A DNA stretch of 38,963 nt from a virus. Lineage: Duplodnaviria; Caudoviricetes. The stretch is taken from the IMG/VR virus record IMGVR_UViG_3300040807_003040, positions 1 through 38,963 of that record; one strand, written 5' to 3'. Below, piece after piece: positions 1 through 9,066 of this stretch (its first letter is position 1; the number at the start of each line of letters is the position of its first letter). Both the position numbers and the translations under genes were made by a program. The notes below the pieces were generated by a model. The model was not told the DNA's origin. It did not search any database and saw nothing but the letters and a program-made list of their open reading frames with translations.

Positions 1-113
1 CGCCGCGTCCTCCGCCGGGACCTCCCGGACTGGAGGGTGGCGTGGCCGGACGTGTTGACCTGTCAAGACCACGAGGCGGAGGCCGCGTGTCTCGCTGTGT
101 GGGGGAGGCCCGC

Positions 114-563
114 GTGACGCGTCCTTTACGGTCCCCCTGTGGCCGTCTCCTGGAGGATCGGGAGACGCGATTGGTGCGCATGAGGTCCAAGGGCGCCACG
201 TGGCAGATCATCGGGGACGCCCTCGGAGTCACGAGGCAGCGGGCCTATCAGATCGGCCACAAGCCCCACGTCAAGGCCACGATCCAGGACATCGCACGGG
301 ACCACCTGGAGGCCGCCCGGACGCGCCTCTCCGAGGGGTACTGGGTGGCGGTGGACGCTATGATCGAGATCGCGAGCGATAAGGACCACCCCCAACGTCT
401 GGCCGCCGCGCGCCAGCTAGTCCAGGCCGTAGACGGGATCCGCGCGGAGATCGTGGTCTCGGACGTGGAGCAGAGGCAACGGGCCGCCGCGATCGCCGCG
501 TCCCTCTCAGACGAGGACCTCCAGATTGCGGCCGCCGTCCCCCTCACCCTGGAGGGGGAGTAG
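114..563 (+). CDS. terS: Putative terminase small subunit (N-terminal HTH)
   Basis: HTH-like segment ATWQIIGDALGVTRQRAYQI followed by helical AVDAMIEIA..QRLAAARQLV typical of TerS; lies upstream of portal; GTG at 114 has a GGGAGG SD-like run at 103-108 (ORF track starts at 42). Confidence 0.6.
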   Translation: MTRPLRSPCGRLLEDRETRLVRMRSKGATWQIIGDALGVTRQRAYQIGHKPHVKATIQDIARDHLEAARTRLSEGYWVAVDAMIEIASDKDHPQRLAAARQLVQAVDGIRAEIVVSDVEQRQRAAAIAASLSDEDLQIAAAVPLTLEGE

Positions 564-578
564 TTGCGCGCGCCGTGT

Positions 579-606
579 TTGCGCGTTAACCACTTTCATG
601 TATGCA
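579..606 (+). promoter_or_regulatory. Sigma70-like promoter candidate sharing the TTGCGCGTTA box of the cassette repeats
   Basis: TTGCGC 579-584, 16 nt, TATGCA 601-606 in an AT-richer intergenic patch; AGGAG at 616-620 precedes ATG 629. Confidence 0.45.
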
Positions 607-628
607 ACCGACCACAGGAGATCGACCC

Positions 629-886
629 ATGCCACGCGGACGCCGCCCCCTCACGATAGCTCAGATCATGGCCGGGATTGACCCGGATCGCCCCGTGACC
701 GCGGACGGCCTAGCCGCCGCCTCCGGGACGTGTCGCCGCACGGCTCAGTATCGGATCCGCCGTCTCCGGGCGGAGGGCTACCTGGCCCCCGTGGACGTGG
801 AGACCACCGGCCCGCGTGGTCAAGGCGTCCGCGCGGAGTATACTCTCACCGACACGGGACGCGCGGCCCTGACCGCCGCCCCCTAG
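629..886 (+). CDS. Winged-HTH DNA-binding protein
   Basis: VTADGLAAASGTCRRTAQYRIRRLRAEGYL...YTLTDTGRAAL is a wHTH pattern; SD favours ATG 629 over 602. Confidence 0.7.
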   Translation: MPRGRRPLTIAQIMAGIDPDRPVTADGLAAASGTCRRTAQYRIRRLRAEGYLAPVDVETTGPRGQGVRAEYTLTDTGRAALTAAP

Positions 887-899
887 CCCCGGCGGCCCT

Positions 900-2975
900 A
901 TGCCCACGATCCGCGATCGCGTCCTAACCTGGCTTGACCTCACCCCCTCCCCGGAGACCGCGCCGGACGACGCGCGCGCGGACTCCGTGATCCGGTCCTC
1001 CTCCATGGGTTTCGGGATGGCCGGGAAAGACCGGGTGGACGACGTGACACCTAAGACCGGCCTGAGATGGTGGTCTCGTGGTCAGCTACTCCACAGCTAC
1101 ATGAGAGGCGGGATCGCCCGCCGTCTAGCCGTGGCGCCCCCGCTGGACGCGATCCGCCACGGGTACACCGTGACGACGGACACGGAGGAGGAGGAGAGGG
1201 TCCCCCGCGGCCTCCACGTCCGCCGCGCCGCCGTCCAGGCTCGACAGTACGCCCGGGCGTTCCGTGGCGCCCTCGTCTACGTGAGGGTAGACGGGGACCA
1301 ATCCGCCCCCCTCGGAGACGGCCCCCACGAGGTCCGGGCGCTTCACGTGATCATGCCCTCCGAGGCCACCCCCTCCGCCCTCTCACGACAGGCGGACGTG
1401 GATCGGCCGGACTGGACGGCGCCCGAATTCTGGGACCTCCACCCGACGCGGCCGGGTCTCACCTTCACCGGGGAGCGCCGGGTCCACGCGTCCCGCGTGA
1501 TCGTCGTCCCGGGCCTAGACGTCCCGCTGGACGTGACGCCGCCCGACGACGGATTCCAGGCCGCGGTCCTGGACGTGTACTGGGAGAGCCTCCGGAATTT
1601 GGAGGTGGTGACATCCTCCACCACGTCCCTCATGTCCGAGCGATCGGTAGCCGTCTATGAGCAGGATGGGAACGGCGCCGCCTCCGGGCGGGATGGTGTC
1701 TCCTGGCTGGACCGCCTCCGAGCCCTCCGCCGGGCTACCTCGGTCCTCGGGGCGATCACCCTCCCCCCGGGCTGGCGTATGTCCCGCATGGACGCCACGA
1801 TCACGGGGTGGCGGGATGCCAAGGTGTCCGCATATGAGGACGTGGCCAGCGTGGAGGGGATCCCCCCCGCGGTGGCGATCGGTACGCCGCCGGCCGGGAT
1901 GACCTCGGACGATCAAGCCTCACGCCGGACCTATCACCGCCTCCTGGAGGGACAGGAGCGGCCGATCCTGGAGGACGTGATCCTCCGGGTCCACGAGATC
2001 GTCCACGGCCTAGACGAGTCCCGCCGGATGATCTGGCCCGCCCTGGAGGAGCCCACCGCCGTGGAGCGCGCTCAGATCTCCGCCACCCTGGCCCAACGGG
2101 ACGCGGCCCTCTATGCCGCTCAGATCGTGGAGCGTGACGAGATCCGAGGGCGCCACCTCGGAGACAGAGAGATCGAGTACATCCAGACGGACGCCGCCCT
2201 GGACGACGCCGCGGACGCGATCGAGGTGGACCCGGGGGAGGACACGGCCGCCACCCTGGAGGAGATCCTCCGCGCGGACGCGGAGACGTACCGCCCCCCG
2301 GAGTCCGCCCGGAACAATGCCCGCCGCGTCCTCAAGTGGCGGGAGGAGCACGGGGATGAGGTGGCCGGGATGACCCGCGTGGGCTGGACCCGCGCGCGCC
2401 AGCTAGCGGAGGGCCGCCCCCTCTCCCGGGAGACCGTGGGGAGGATGGCGGCTTTTGAGCGCCACCGCAAGAATTCCGAGGTGGACCCGGAGCATAAGGA
2501 CACCCCCTGGAGGGACGCCGGCCGCGTGGCGTGGCTAGGATGGGGCGGGGACTCCGGGGTGGCGTGGGCCGCCCGGATCGTGGCCCGCGGGGACGACAAG
2601 AGCACCCCCGCCAAGCCCTCCGAGCGAATCAAGGGCTCACGGACCAACCCGCGCGGGACGGCCTCCGGGTCTCGTGGCGGGATCAAGATTTCCGCCGCCA
2701 CGGACAAGGCCCTCCGGTCCAAGGTGGAGCAGCACAACGAGGGCCGATCCGAGGGCCGCCGGGTGGATCTGGGTATGCTGAAAGCGGTCTACCGCCGCGG
2801 CGCCGGGGCGTTTAGCACCTCTCACCGGCCCGGGATGACCCGGAACCAGTGGAGCATGGGCAGGGTAAACGCGTTTCTGCACCTCGTGAGGACGGGCAAA
2901 CCCAAGGACGCGGACTACACCGGGGACAACGACCTCCTACCCAAGGGCCACCCCCGGTCCACCCGGGAGGGGTAG
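900..2975 (+). CDS. Portal protein (DUF1073-type) with two additional C-terminal domains
   Basis: GIARRL..PPLDAIRHG, RVHASRVIV, GIPPAVAIGTPPAGMTSDD motifs in the first ~430 aa; position ahead of MuF and head genes; extra domains at about aa 461-562 and 566-691. Confidence 0.8.
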   Translation: MPTIRDRVLTWLDLTPSPETAPDDARADSVIRSSSMGFGMAGKDRVDDVTPKTGLRWWSRGQLLHSYMRGGIARRLAVAPPLDAIRHGYTVTTDTEEEERVPRGLHVRRAAVQARQYARAFRGALVYVRVDGDQSAPLGDGPHEVRALHVIMPSEATPSALSRQADVDRPDWTAPEFWDLHPTRPGLTFTGERRVHASRVIVVPGLDVPLDVTPPDDGFQAAVLDVYWESLRNLEVVTSSTTSLMSERSVAVYEQDGNGAASGRDGVSWLDRLRALRRATSVLGAITLPPGWRMSRMDATITGWRDAKVSAYEDVASVEGIPPAVAIGTPPAGMTSDDQASRRTYHRLLEGQERPILEDVILRVHEIVHGLDESRRMIWPALEEPTAVERAQISATLAQRDAALYAAQIVERDEIRGRHLGDREIEYIQTDAALDDAADAIEVDPGEDTAATLEEILRADAETYRPPESARNNARRVLKWREEHGDEVAGMTRVGWTRARQLAEGRPLSRETVGRMAAFERHRKNSEVDPEHKDTPWRDAGRVAWLGWGGDSGVAWAARIVARGDDKSTPAKPSERIKGSRTNPRGTASGSRGGIKISAATDKALRSKVEQHNEGRSEGRRVDLGMLKAVYRRGAGAFSTSHRPGMTRNQWSMGRVNAFLHLVRTGKPKDADYTGDNDLLPKGHPRSTREG

Positions 2976-2977
2976 CT

Positions 2978-4738
2978 GTGCCCGTCCAGCGTGTGAGCCC
3001 GGACGCGGAGGGCCGCCCCGGCTACCGGTGGGGAGAGTCCGGCGCCGTGTACCGCTACACCGCGGGAGACCCTCGTGGACGACGCCGCGCGCGCGCCCTG
3101 GCCGCCCGTCAAGGCCGCGCCGTCCTCGCACGGAGGGCGGACGCCCGGGACCCTCGGAGGCCCTCGGATCGCGCGTACCGCCGCGCCGCCGTGGCATATG
3201 TGGACGCCCTGGAGAGGTGGATCCTCTCCGTGATCCGCGGGGCCATGGCCGCCGCCCGTGCAGACGAGGACCACACGGACCCGGACGACATCACGGCGGA
3301 GACGGACCTGGAGGAGATCCGCCGTCAAGCGGACGCCGCCTATGCCGCGCGCCGTGAGGTCCAGCGCCGCGCCCTCCTCTCCCCTGGAGACGGTGGACCC
3401 CCCGCGCCACCCTCGGAGGAGGAGATGGCCCGGATCCTCACGCCGGCCTCCCGGGTCTCCACGTCCTCCGCGCGCCGTGAGCTACTCCGGGCCGGCGCGG
3501 ACCCGGAGCGCCTGGACGTCCGCCTGGGTCTCGCCACGGACGCCGGGATCCCGGAGATCGACATTATGCCCACGGAATACGAGGCGCGGCGGATCGTGTC
3601 CTTCGCCTCGGAGGGGGTGGACCTGATCTCCACCGTAGGCGCGGACCTCCTGGACTCCGTGGACGTGGTACTGGCTCACGCCGTGAGGGACGGCCTCCGA
3701 TACACCCAGATCCGGGACCTCGTGGAGGTGAGGACGGGGATCTCCACCCGACACGCGGAATTGATCGCCCGTGACCAGATCGGAAAGCTGAACGGAAAGA
3801 TCGTCCAAGACACCCAGGCCGCCGCCGGGGTGGAGTCCTACACGTGGCGGACGGCCAACGATCAGAGAGTCCGAGGCAACCCCGCCGGCCCCTACGCCAA
3901 GAGCAGACAGGACCACTGGGGCCTCCGTGGCACGGTCCACCGGTGGGACACGCCGCCCCGCCGCGCCGGTCCTTACGGGGAGCCGGCTCACCCGGGAGAG
4001 TCGATCCAGTGCCGATGCTACGCAGAGGCGATCCTCCCGGACGACCTCAAGCGGCCCTCTCGTGGCGCGCGGGACACTATGCGACAAATGGGGCCACGAG
4101 GCCGCGCCCAAGACCCGGACGCCCCCCTCGTGGACGTCACGGGCGCCACCTGGAGAGACGAGGCCGGGGCACCGCTAGACCGCGCCGCGCCGCGCCGTCC
4201 AGGCGCCGCCGTCCCCCGATCCGTGGGCGGCCACGTCGTGGAGGACTCCACCCGGCCGACCATGACCACGACGCGGATCGTGGACGACGGGAGGCGCGCG
4301 GGGGCCATGGTCTCCGCGTGGGTCCGAGGCTCACGGAGCAAGGGGTCCAGCGCCCTCAAGATCGCCGCCCTGGACGAGCTAGGGGGAGGCGGGATCCCGT
4401 ACTCCCGGCGGTCCTGGACCTACTCCGCCCGGGACATCGAGAGGACACGCGCGGCCACGCGGACGCTATACGAGGAGACTCAGGAGGCCCTCCGCGCCAC
4501 GGGGCGGGACACGGTGACCCTGTACCGCGGGATCCGATCGGAGTACGCGGTGGAGGGCGCCCTGGAATCGTGGACCTCGGACGCCGCCACGGCGCGCAAA
4601 TTCGCCGGCCCCGGTGGCTACGTCCTCACGGAGGAGATCCCGATCGATCGCGTCCTCACCTATTCGGGCGGCCCCCGCTGGAAAAATGGCCCGTTTGGGG
4701 AGCAATTCGAATATGTGATCCTCGGGAGGAGACCATGA
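2978..4738 (+). CDS. MuF/SPP1 gp7-like minor head protein with C-terminal ADP-ribosyltransferase-like domain
   Basis: AELIARDQIGKLNG, YTWRTANDQRVR, HPGESIQCRCYA are MuF motifs; C-terminus has LYRG / SWTS / EQFEYV (R-S-E pattern). GTG 2978 directly follows the portal stop. Confidence 0.85.
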   Translation: MPVQRVSPDAEGRPGYRWGESGAVYRYTAGDPRGRRRARALAARQGRAVLARRADARDPRRPSDRAYRRAAVAYVDALERWILSVIRGAMAAARADEDHTDPDDITAETDLEEIRRQADAAYAARREVQRRALLSPGDGGPPAPPSEEEMARILTPASRVSTSSARRELLRAGADPERLDVRLGLATDAGIPEIDIMPTEYEARRIVSFASEGVDLISTVGADLLDSVDVVLAHAVRDGLRYTQIRDLVEVRTGISTRHAELIARDQIGKLNGKIVQDTQAAAGVESYTWRTANDQRVRGNPAGPYAKSRQDHWGLRGTVHRWDTPPRRAGPYGEPAHPGESIQCRCYAEAILPDDLKRPSRGARDTMRQMGPRGRAQDPDAPLVDVTGATWRDEAGAPLDRAAPRRPGAAVPRSVGGHVVEDSTRPTMTTTRIVDDGRRAGAMVSAWVRGSRSKGSSALKIAALDELGGGGIPYSRRSWTYSARDIERTRAATRTLYEETQEALRATGRDTVTLYRGIRSEYAVEGALESWTSDAATARKFAGPGGYVLTEEIPIDRVLTYSGGPRWKNGPFGEQFEYVILGRRP

Positions 4739-4905
4739 GAGAGAGGACGGTCCAGGCCACGGACGCGGACGGACGGCCGATCACGGTCACGCTCTACACC
4801 CCGGAGACCCCGGAGGACGTGGAGACACTACGCCGCCGCGCCTCGGAGGAGGGCCTGGACGACAGGACCGCACTAGCCGATCGGCCACGTCCGCGGGCTA
4901 GGTAG
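4735..4905 (+). CDS. Small protein (56 aa), candidate immunity partner of the MuF toxin domain
   Basis: ATGA overlap with the MuF stop and GGGAGGAG SD; function inferred from position only. Confidence 0.5.
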   Translation: MRERTVQATDADGRPITVTLYTPETPEDVETLRRRASEEGLDDRTALADRPRPRAR

Positions 4906-4958
4906 CCCCCGCCACGCCGCGCGCCCGTGTTACCGTGAGCGCACACAGGGAGGACTCC

Positions 4959-5339
4959 ATGACCGAACCTCAGGCACTACTCACGCCGACTAAGCCCGCC
5001 CCGGACGGAGACGCGATCCTGGAGTGGTTGATCGCCCTCGGAGACGCGGCGGACGCGTCCCCGGTTAAAGCCGTCGTCTCCCTCGGTGACATGGTGGAGG
5101 TAGCCGCCCTGGCTTGTCTCGCCACGCCGCCGGACCTCCCGCCGTTCACGCCGGACGCGCCCACCGCGGAGGAGGCCCAGGAGTGGCTCACGGCTCACGC
5201 GGCGGCCTCCGAGGAGATCCACGCCGCCAGCGGTAAGGCCCTGATCCGCGTGAGCGACGTGATCGGGACCGTGGCGTCCATGCTCGCCATGGAGTGCCCG
5301 CCGGGCCTAGCCGCCATGATCCGGGAGGCTATGCCATGA
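4959..5339 (+). CDS. Hypothetical protein with internal two-fold repeat
   Basis: GGAGG SD before ATG 4959; halves EWLIA..KAVVSLGDMV..LATPP and EWLTA..KALIRVSDVI..MECPP resemble each other. Confidence 0.65.
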   Translation: MTEPQALLTPTKPAPDGDAILEWLIALGDAADASPVKAVVSLGDMVEVAALACLATPPDLPPFTPDAPTAEEAQEWLTAHAAASEEIHAASGKALIRVSDVIGTVASMLAMECPPGLAAMIREAMP

Positions 5340-5722
5340 GTCCGATCGACATCACGCGCGCCGCGGCCTCCTCCGTGGCCCTGGCCCTCTCTCTGGTACC
5401 GGACGCCCGGGTGGCTGGATTCGCGCGCCCCGTGGCGGAGATCCCCGCCATGGTGGACCGGGTGATCCGCCGCCGTGGCCGGATCCGTGGACAGGCCCGC
5501 GCCGTGGGCGCCTGGGTGGACATCCTAGACGACGCGATCCCCGGCGCGGACGACGTGATCCCGGAGGACGTCCGGGACGCCCTGATCACGGTGGGGGTGT
5601 GGGCCGCCGCCGCGATCGGTGGTCTCGTGGAGGCCCGCGCGGAGGAGGGCCGCCCCGCCAAGCCCCCCGCGAAATTCGATCACCTCACGCTCCAGCCTCA
5701 CGCCGTCAAGGTGGACCCATGA
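5336..5722 (+). CDS. Hypothetical protein, possibly membrane-associated (lysis cassette)
   Basis: ATGA overlaps at both ends; hydrophobic stretch ALITVGVWAAAAIGGLV. Confidence 0.6.
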   Translation: MSPIDITRAAASSVALALSLVPDARVAGFARPVAEIPAMVDRVIRRRGRIRGQARAVGAWVDILDDAIPGADDVIPEDVRDALITVGVWAAAAIGGLVEARAEEGRPAKPPAKFDHLTLQPHAVKVDP

Positions 5723-6120
5723 GAGAGATCGCCGCCCTCGTGATCCACCACGCCGCCGCCGTGACCACCCTAGAGGAGATCGACAGGTGGCACCTCGCCC
5801 GCGGGTGGCGTGGCGTCGGGTATCACTACGTGATCGAGTCGGACGGACGCCTCCGCCTCGGACGCCGTGAGCATGAGGTGGGGGCTCACGCGCGCGGACG
5901 CAACCAAGACACGATCGGGATCTGTGTCGCGGTGGACGCCCGGGACGGGATCCCCTCCGAGGCGTGGGACCAACTCGTGACCCTCACGCGGGACCTCGTG
6001 AGGCGGTACGCCCTCACGGTGGACGACGTGATCCCTCACTTTGCCGTGAGTGACACGCTGTGTCCGGCGTTCCCGATCGCGGACCTCCACGAGGCGATCG
6101 CCCCGCGGGGGATGACATGA
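5719..6120 (+). CDS. N-acetylmuramoyl-L-alanine amidase (Amidase_2, T7 lysozyme-like endolysin)
   Basis: LVIHH, IDRWHLARGWRGVGYHYVI..DG, GAHARGRN..IGIC, IPHF..LCP zinc-ligand pattern; ATG 5719 overlaps the previous stop. Confidence 0.92.
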   Translation: MREIAALVIHHAAAVTTLEEIDRWHLARGWRGVGYHYVIESDGRLRLGRREHEVGAHARGRNQDTIGICVAVDARDGIPSEAWDQLVTLTRDLVRRYALTVDDVIPHFAVSDTLCPAFPIADLHEAIAPRGMT

Positions 6121-6401
6121 TCGCCGCCGCCGTGATCCTAGCCGCCACCGCCGCCGCCACCCTGGCCGGACTAGTCCTCCTCGGACGCGGAGAGCGACGC
6201 CGTGAGGCTCACGAGGCCGCGCGCCGGGAGATCCTAGAGGTGGCCGCCGGGACCGCCTCGGACCTGGCCGCCCTCTCCTCACGACTGGACGATCTCCGGG
6301 ATGACCTGGACGACCTCCGGGACGTCGTGATCGCGGTGGCGGGGCGTGGGACCACCGCCGGGGGGCCACGCCTCCAGGGAGGACAGCGTGAGCGATCCTG
6401 A
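6117..6401 (+). CDS. N-terminally anchored membrane protein with coiled coil (lysis accessory candidate)
   Basis: Hydrophobic N-terminus IAAAVILAATAAATLAGLVLL then heptad-like LDDLRDDLDDLRD; ATGA coupled to the amidase. Confidence 0.55.
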   Translation: MIAAAVILAATAAATLAGLVLLGRGERRREAHEAARREILEVAAGTASDLAALSSRLDDLRDDLDDLRDVVIAVAGRGTTAGGPRLQGGQRERS

Positions 6402-6819
6402 GCTACGTGCGACACGGAGAGACCAGCGGGAGCGCCTCCGCCGCGCCGCGGAGGAGGGCGGATCCGCCGCCCTCGTGGAGGCGTTTGTGGACCTCCAGGC
6501 GGACCACCTAGACGAGATCGCCAACCTCGGACGCGAGATCCGATCCATGTCTGAGCGGGTGGCGTCGATCGTGGAGGCGTCCATGAGACACGCGGAGGCC
6601 CTGGAGGCGGACATGGCCGCGCGCCGGGAGACCACCACGTGGATCCGTGGCGCCGTGTCCTCACGGTGGGGCGTGGCCGTGATCGTCCTGGCCCTCCTCT
6701 CTCAAGGCGTGGGATCCGCGGTCCTGATAGGTGGCGCGGCGTATCTCCTCGGAGTCCGTGGCGTCGTGGACCTCGTGACACACACGATCGCGCCCGGGGT
6801 CCCCCTCCCTCCGAATTGA
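6388..6819 (+). CDS. Membrane protein, holin-like candidate
   Basis: Helical N-terminal part plus C-terminal hydrophobic segments WGVAVIVLALLS / SAVLIGGAAYLLGV; GGAGG SD before GTG 6388. Confidence 0.5.
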   Translation: MSDPELRATRRDQRERLRRAAEEGGSAALVEAFVDLQADHLDEIANLGREIRSMSERVASIVEASMRHAEALEADMAARRETTTWIRGAVSSRWGVAVIVLALLSQGVGSAVLIGGAAYLLGVRGVVDLVTHTIAPGVPLPPN

Positions 6820-6844
6820 CCGGGGGCGGATCGTGTGGTACGCC
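6816..6844 (+). promoter_or_regulatory. Promoter candidate for the capsid operon
   Basis: TTGACC 6816-6821, 17 nt, TG-extended TACGCC 6839-6844; ATG 6852 lies 7 nt downstream. Confidence 0.45.
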
Positions 6845-6851
6845 GTGAGGT

Positions 6852-7865
6852 ATGACGGCCACCCCTCACGATACCCTCCGCGCGGATCGCGCCCTCCTCA
6901 GATCCCCCGTCCGCCTGGACTCGGGATCCGTGAGGTACGACGCGATCCTCACGTCCGCCGGGACGCGTCTCAGATACGCTCACGGGGAGGAGACGGTGGC
7001 CGCGGAGGCCCTAGAGGATCCGGAGTACCTGGAGGCCCTCCGAGGCGTCCCCGTGATCATGGACCCCGATCTCCACTGGCCCGGCGTGAGCGTGGACGCC
7101 AACGGCGCCGCGATCGTGGGGACCGTGACCCGCGCGGACTACCGGGACGGGGCTCAAGTCGTAGAGCTAACCCTCCACGCCCCGGACGCGATCTCCTGGA
7201 TACAAGACCACGCGGACGGCCCGGATCGCCCCGGCGTCTCCGTGAGGTATGATGTTGCCGACATGGACGGCCACGTCCAGCGGCGCCGCCGCGCCCCCAA
7301 TCACGTGCTACTCACGCTCCACCCACGCGACACCACCGCCCGGATCCGGGCTGATGAGGACACCATGACACCAGACGAGATCCGGGAGGCCGTAAGCCCC
7401 CTGTTTGAGCACCTAGCGGAGGCCCTAAAAGAGATGGGCGGCCGCATGGACGCCATGAAAGACGAACTCAAGGCCGACCGTGAGCACTACGCTGACGAGG
7501 CTCACGAGGACAAGGCGGACGGCATGGATGAGGACAAGGCGGACGCCATGCACGAGGACAAGGATCCCCGGGCGGACGCGCGCCACCGTGTCCACGTCGT
7601 GGAGAAACTCGCACGTGTCAAGGGGATCGATCTCCCCGCGGACGCCTCCCTCTCGGACTGTGAGGCCCTCATGGTGGAGGCCCTCGGACTCCGCGCGGAC
7701 GGCCTGGACGCCTCCGCCTACCTGGCCGCCCTCTCTCACCTCGTGGATGAGGCCCCCGCGGCCCCGGCCCCCGCGCCCCGCGCGGACGGTCTCCGAGGGC
7801 GCCCTGTGCCCGTCACCTCCCCCGCCGCGTCCTCGGACGTGGACGCCATCTTCTCCTCACTCTGA
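6852..7865 (+). CDS. Prohead protease (DUF2213-like) fused to scaffolding domain
   Basis: Synteny (MuF, this gene, decoration, MCP); LEALRGVPV, GVSVRYD, NHVLL motifs; acidic helical C-terminal half with KAD/RAD repeats. Confidence 0.75.
   Translation: MTATPHDTLRADRALLRSPVRLDSGSVRYDAILTSAGTRLRYAHGEETVAAEALEDPEYLEALRGVPVIMDPDLHWPGVSVDANGAAIVGTVTRADYRDGAQVVELTLHAPDAISWIQDHADGPDRPGVSVRYDVADMDGHVQRRRRAPNHVLLTLHPRDTTARIRADEDTMTPDEIREAVSPLFEHLAEALKEMGGRMDAMKDELKADREHYADEAHEDKADGMDEDKADAMHEDKDPRADARHRVHVVEKLARVKGIDLPADASLSDCEALMVEALGLRADGLDASAYLAALSHLVDEAPAAPAPAPRADGLRGRPVPVTSPAASSDVDAIFSSL
7503..7563 (+). repeat. 24-nt tandem repeat (2.5 copies) encoding HEDKADGM/DEDKADAM/HEDK
   Basis: cacgaggacaaggcggacggcatg, gatgaggacaaggcggacgccatg, cacgaggacaagg read directly. 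Confidence 0.9.
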
Positions 7866-7880
7866 TCGGAGGCTCTAACG

Positions 7881-9062
7881 ATGCCACTCTCACAAATTCG
7901 GGGCCGCGCCGGTCAAGCGATCGGCGCCCGGCTCGGTACCGAGTACACCGCCAACGACCTAGCGAAGGTTGTCACCTCTGGACGCGCCTCAGCCCCCGTG
8001 GCTCAGATCTCCACCGTCACGGTGGACAGCGCCCAAAACTCCACGCTCTACAGCCTGGACATCCTCCCCCCGGGCTATGAGTCTCCGATCGTGGTTTCCT
8101 TCACCTCGGACGGTACCGCCACCACGACGGAGATCGCCGCGGGACTGGCCGCCGCCGTCAATGCCAATTCGTCCGCCTCGGGATGGTTCGACGCGTCCCC
8201 CGCGTCCAACGTCCTCACGCTCACGGGTAACGCCCCCGGGATCGCAGTGAGCGTGACCTCCAGCGCCGCCTCCGCCTCGGACCTCACGATCGCCACGGCT
8301 ACCGCCGCGGCCTCGGGTGGCTCGTATAGCTTCGGACGCGTCGTCAACCTGGCCACGTTTGACGCCGCCTCAGGCGCGTGGAATGTGAGCGCCCCGGCCC
8401 TCCCGGCCGCCGGCGTGATGGTCCTCACGGCCACACACTCCGCGTCCGCGTCCTACTCGATCCAGATTTCGTTCCGGAACGTCAACACCGGCGTCGTCAA
8501 TGTCCTCTCAGCGATCACCTTCGCCGCGGGTGCCAGCGCAAGCGCCACCGCAACCAACGCTGAGACCGCTTTCAATAGCTCCGTGGGTGCCGGGTCCACT
8601 ACGACCAGCGTAGACGGATCGGACATCACGATCACGATCACGGCGCCGCGTCCTCAAGATTTCGGCGCTATCGTGACCGCGCCCTCCGCGTCCGGCGGCG
8701 GCGGATCGGAGGACCTCCTGGTCTCCTCGATCACCCCCGGCGGGGACCCCCTCCGATCGGGCGTTGTCATGGACTACGACGTAACCCCCGCAGCCTCGTT
8801 TGGCGTGAGCCCCACGGCCACCCAAGCCGGCGACGCCGTGAGCGTGGCCGAGGGCGGCCTCAGTGTCTTTGTCGCGGATCCGGGCGTGAGTGTCACCGCC
8901 GGCGCCGCGGTCTACGTGGAGACCACCGCCGGGGCCAATCAGGGCCGCGTCTATACGGCCTCCAGTGCTTCCCGCTACCTCCTCTCGGGCGCCTCGTGGG
9001 TCCAGGGCGGAGTCACCCTCTCAGACGGCACCTCCGCCGCCGTGATCCAACTCTCGGAGTGA
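7881..9062 (+). CDS. Head decoration/cement protein with two inserted domains
   Basis: Sits between scaffold and MCP; core segments SFGRVV and GDAVSV..G.V.V....VTAGAAVYV split by two Ser/Thr/Ala-rich beta insertions. Confidence 0.65.
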   Translation: MPLSQIRGRAGQAIGARLGTEYTANDLAKVVTSGRASAPVAQISTVTVDSAQNSTLYSLDILPPGYESPIVVSFTSDGTATTTEIAAGLAAAVNANSSASGWFDASPASNVLTLTGNAPGIAVSVTSSAASASDLTIATATAAASGGSYSFGRVVNLATFDAASGAWNVSAPALPAAGVMVLTATHSASASYSIQISFRNVNTGVVNVLSAITFAAGASASATATNAETAFNSSVGAGSTTTSVDGSDITITITAPRPQDFGAIVTAPSASGGGGSEDLLVSSITPGGDPLRSGVVMDYDVTPAASFGVSPTATQAGDAVSVAEGGLSVFVADPGVSVTAGAAVYVETTAGANQGRVYTASSASRYLLSGASWVQGGVTLSDGTSAAVIQLSE

Positions 9063-9066
9063 TCCC

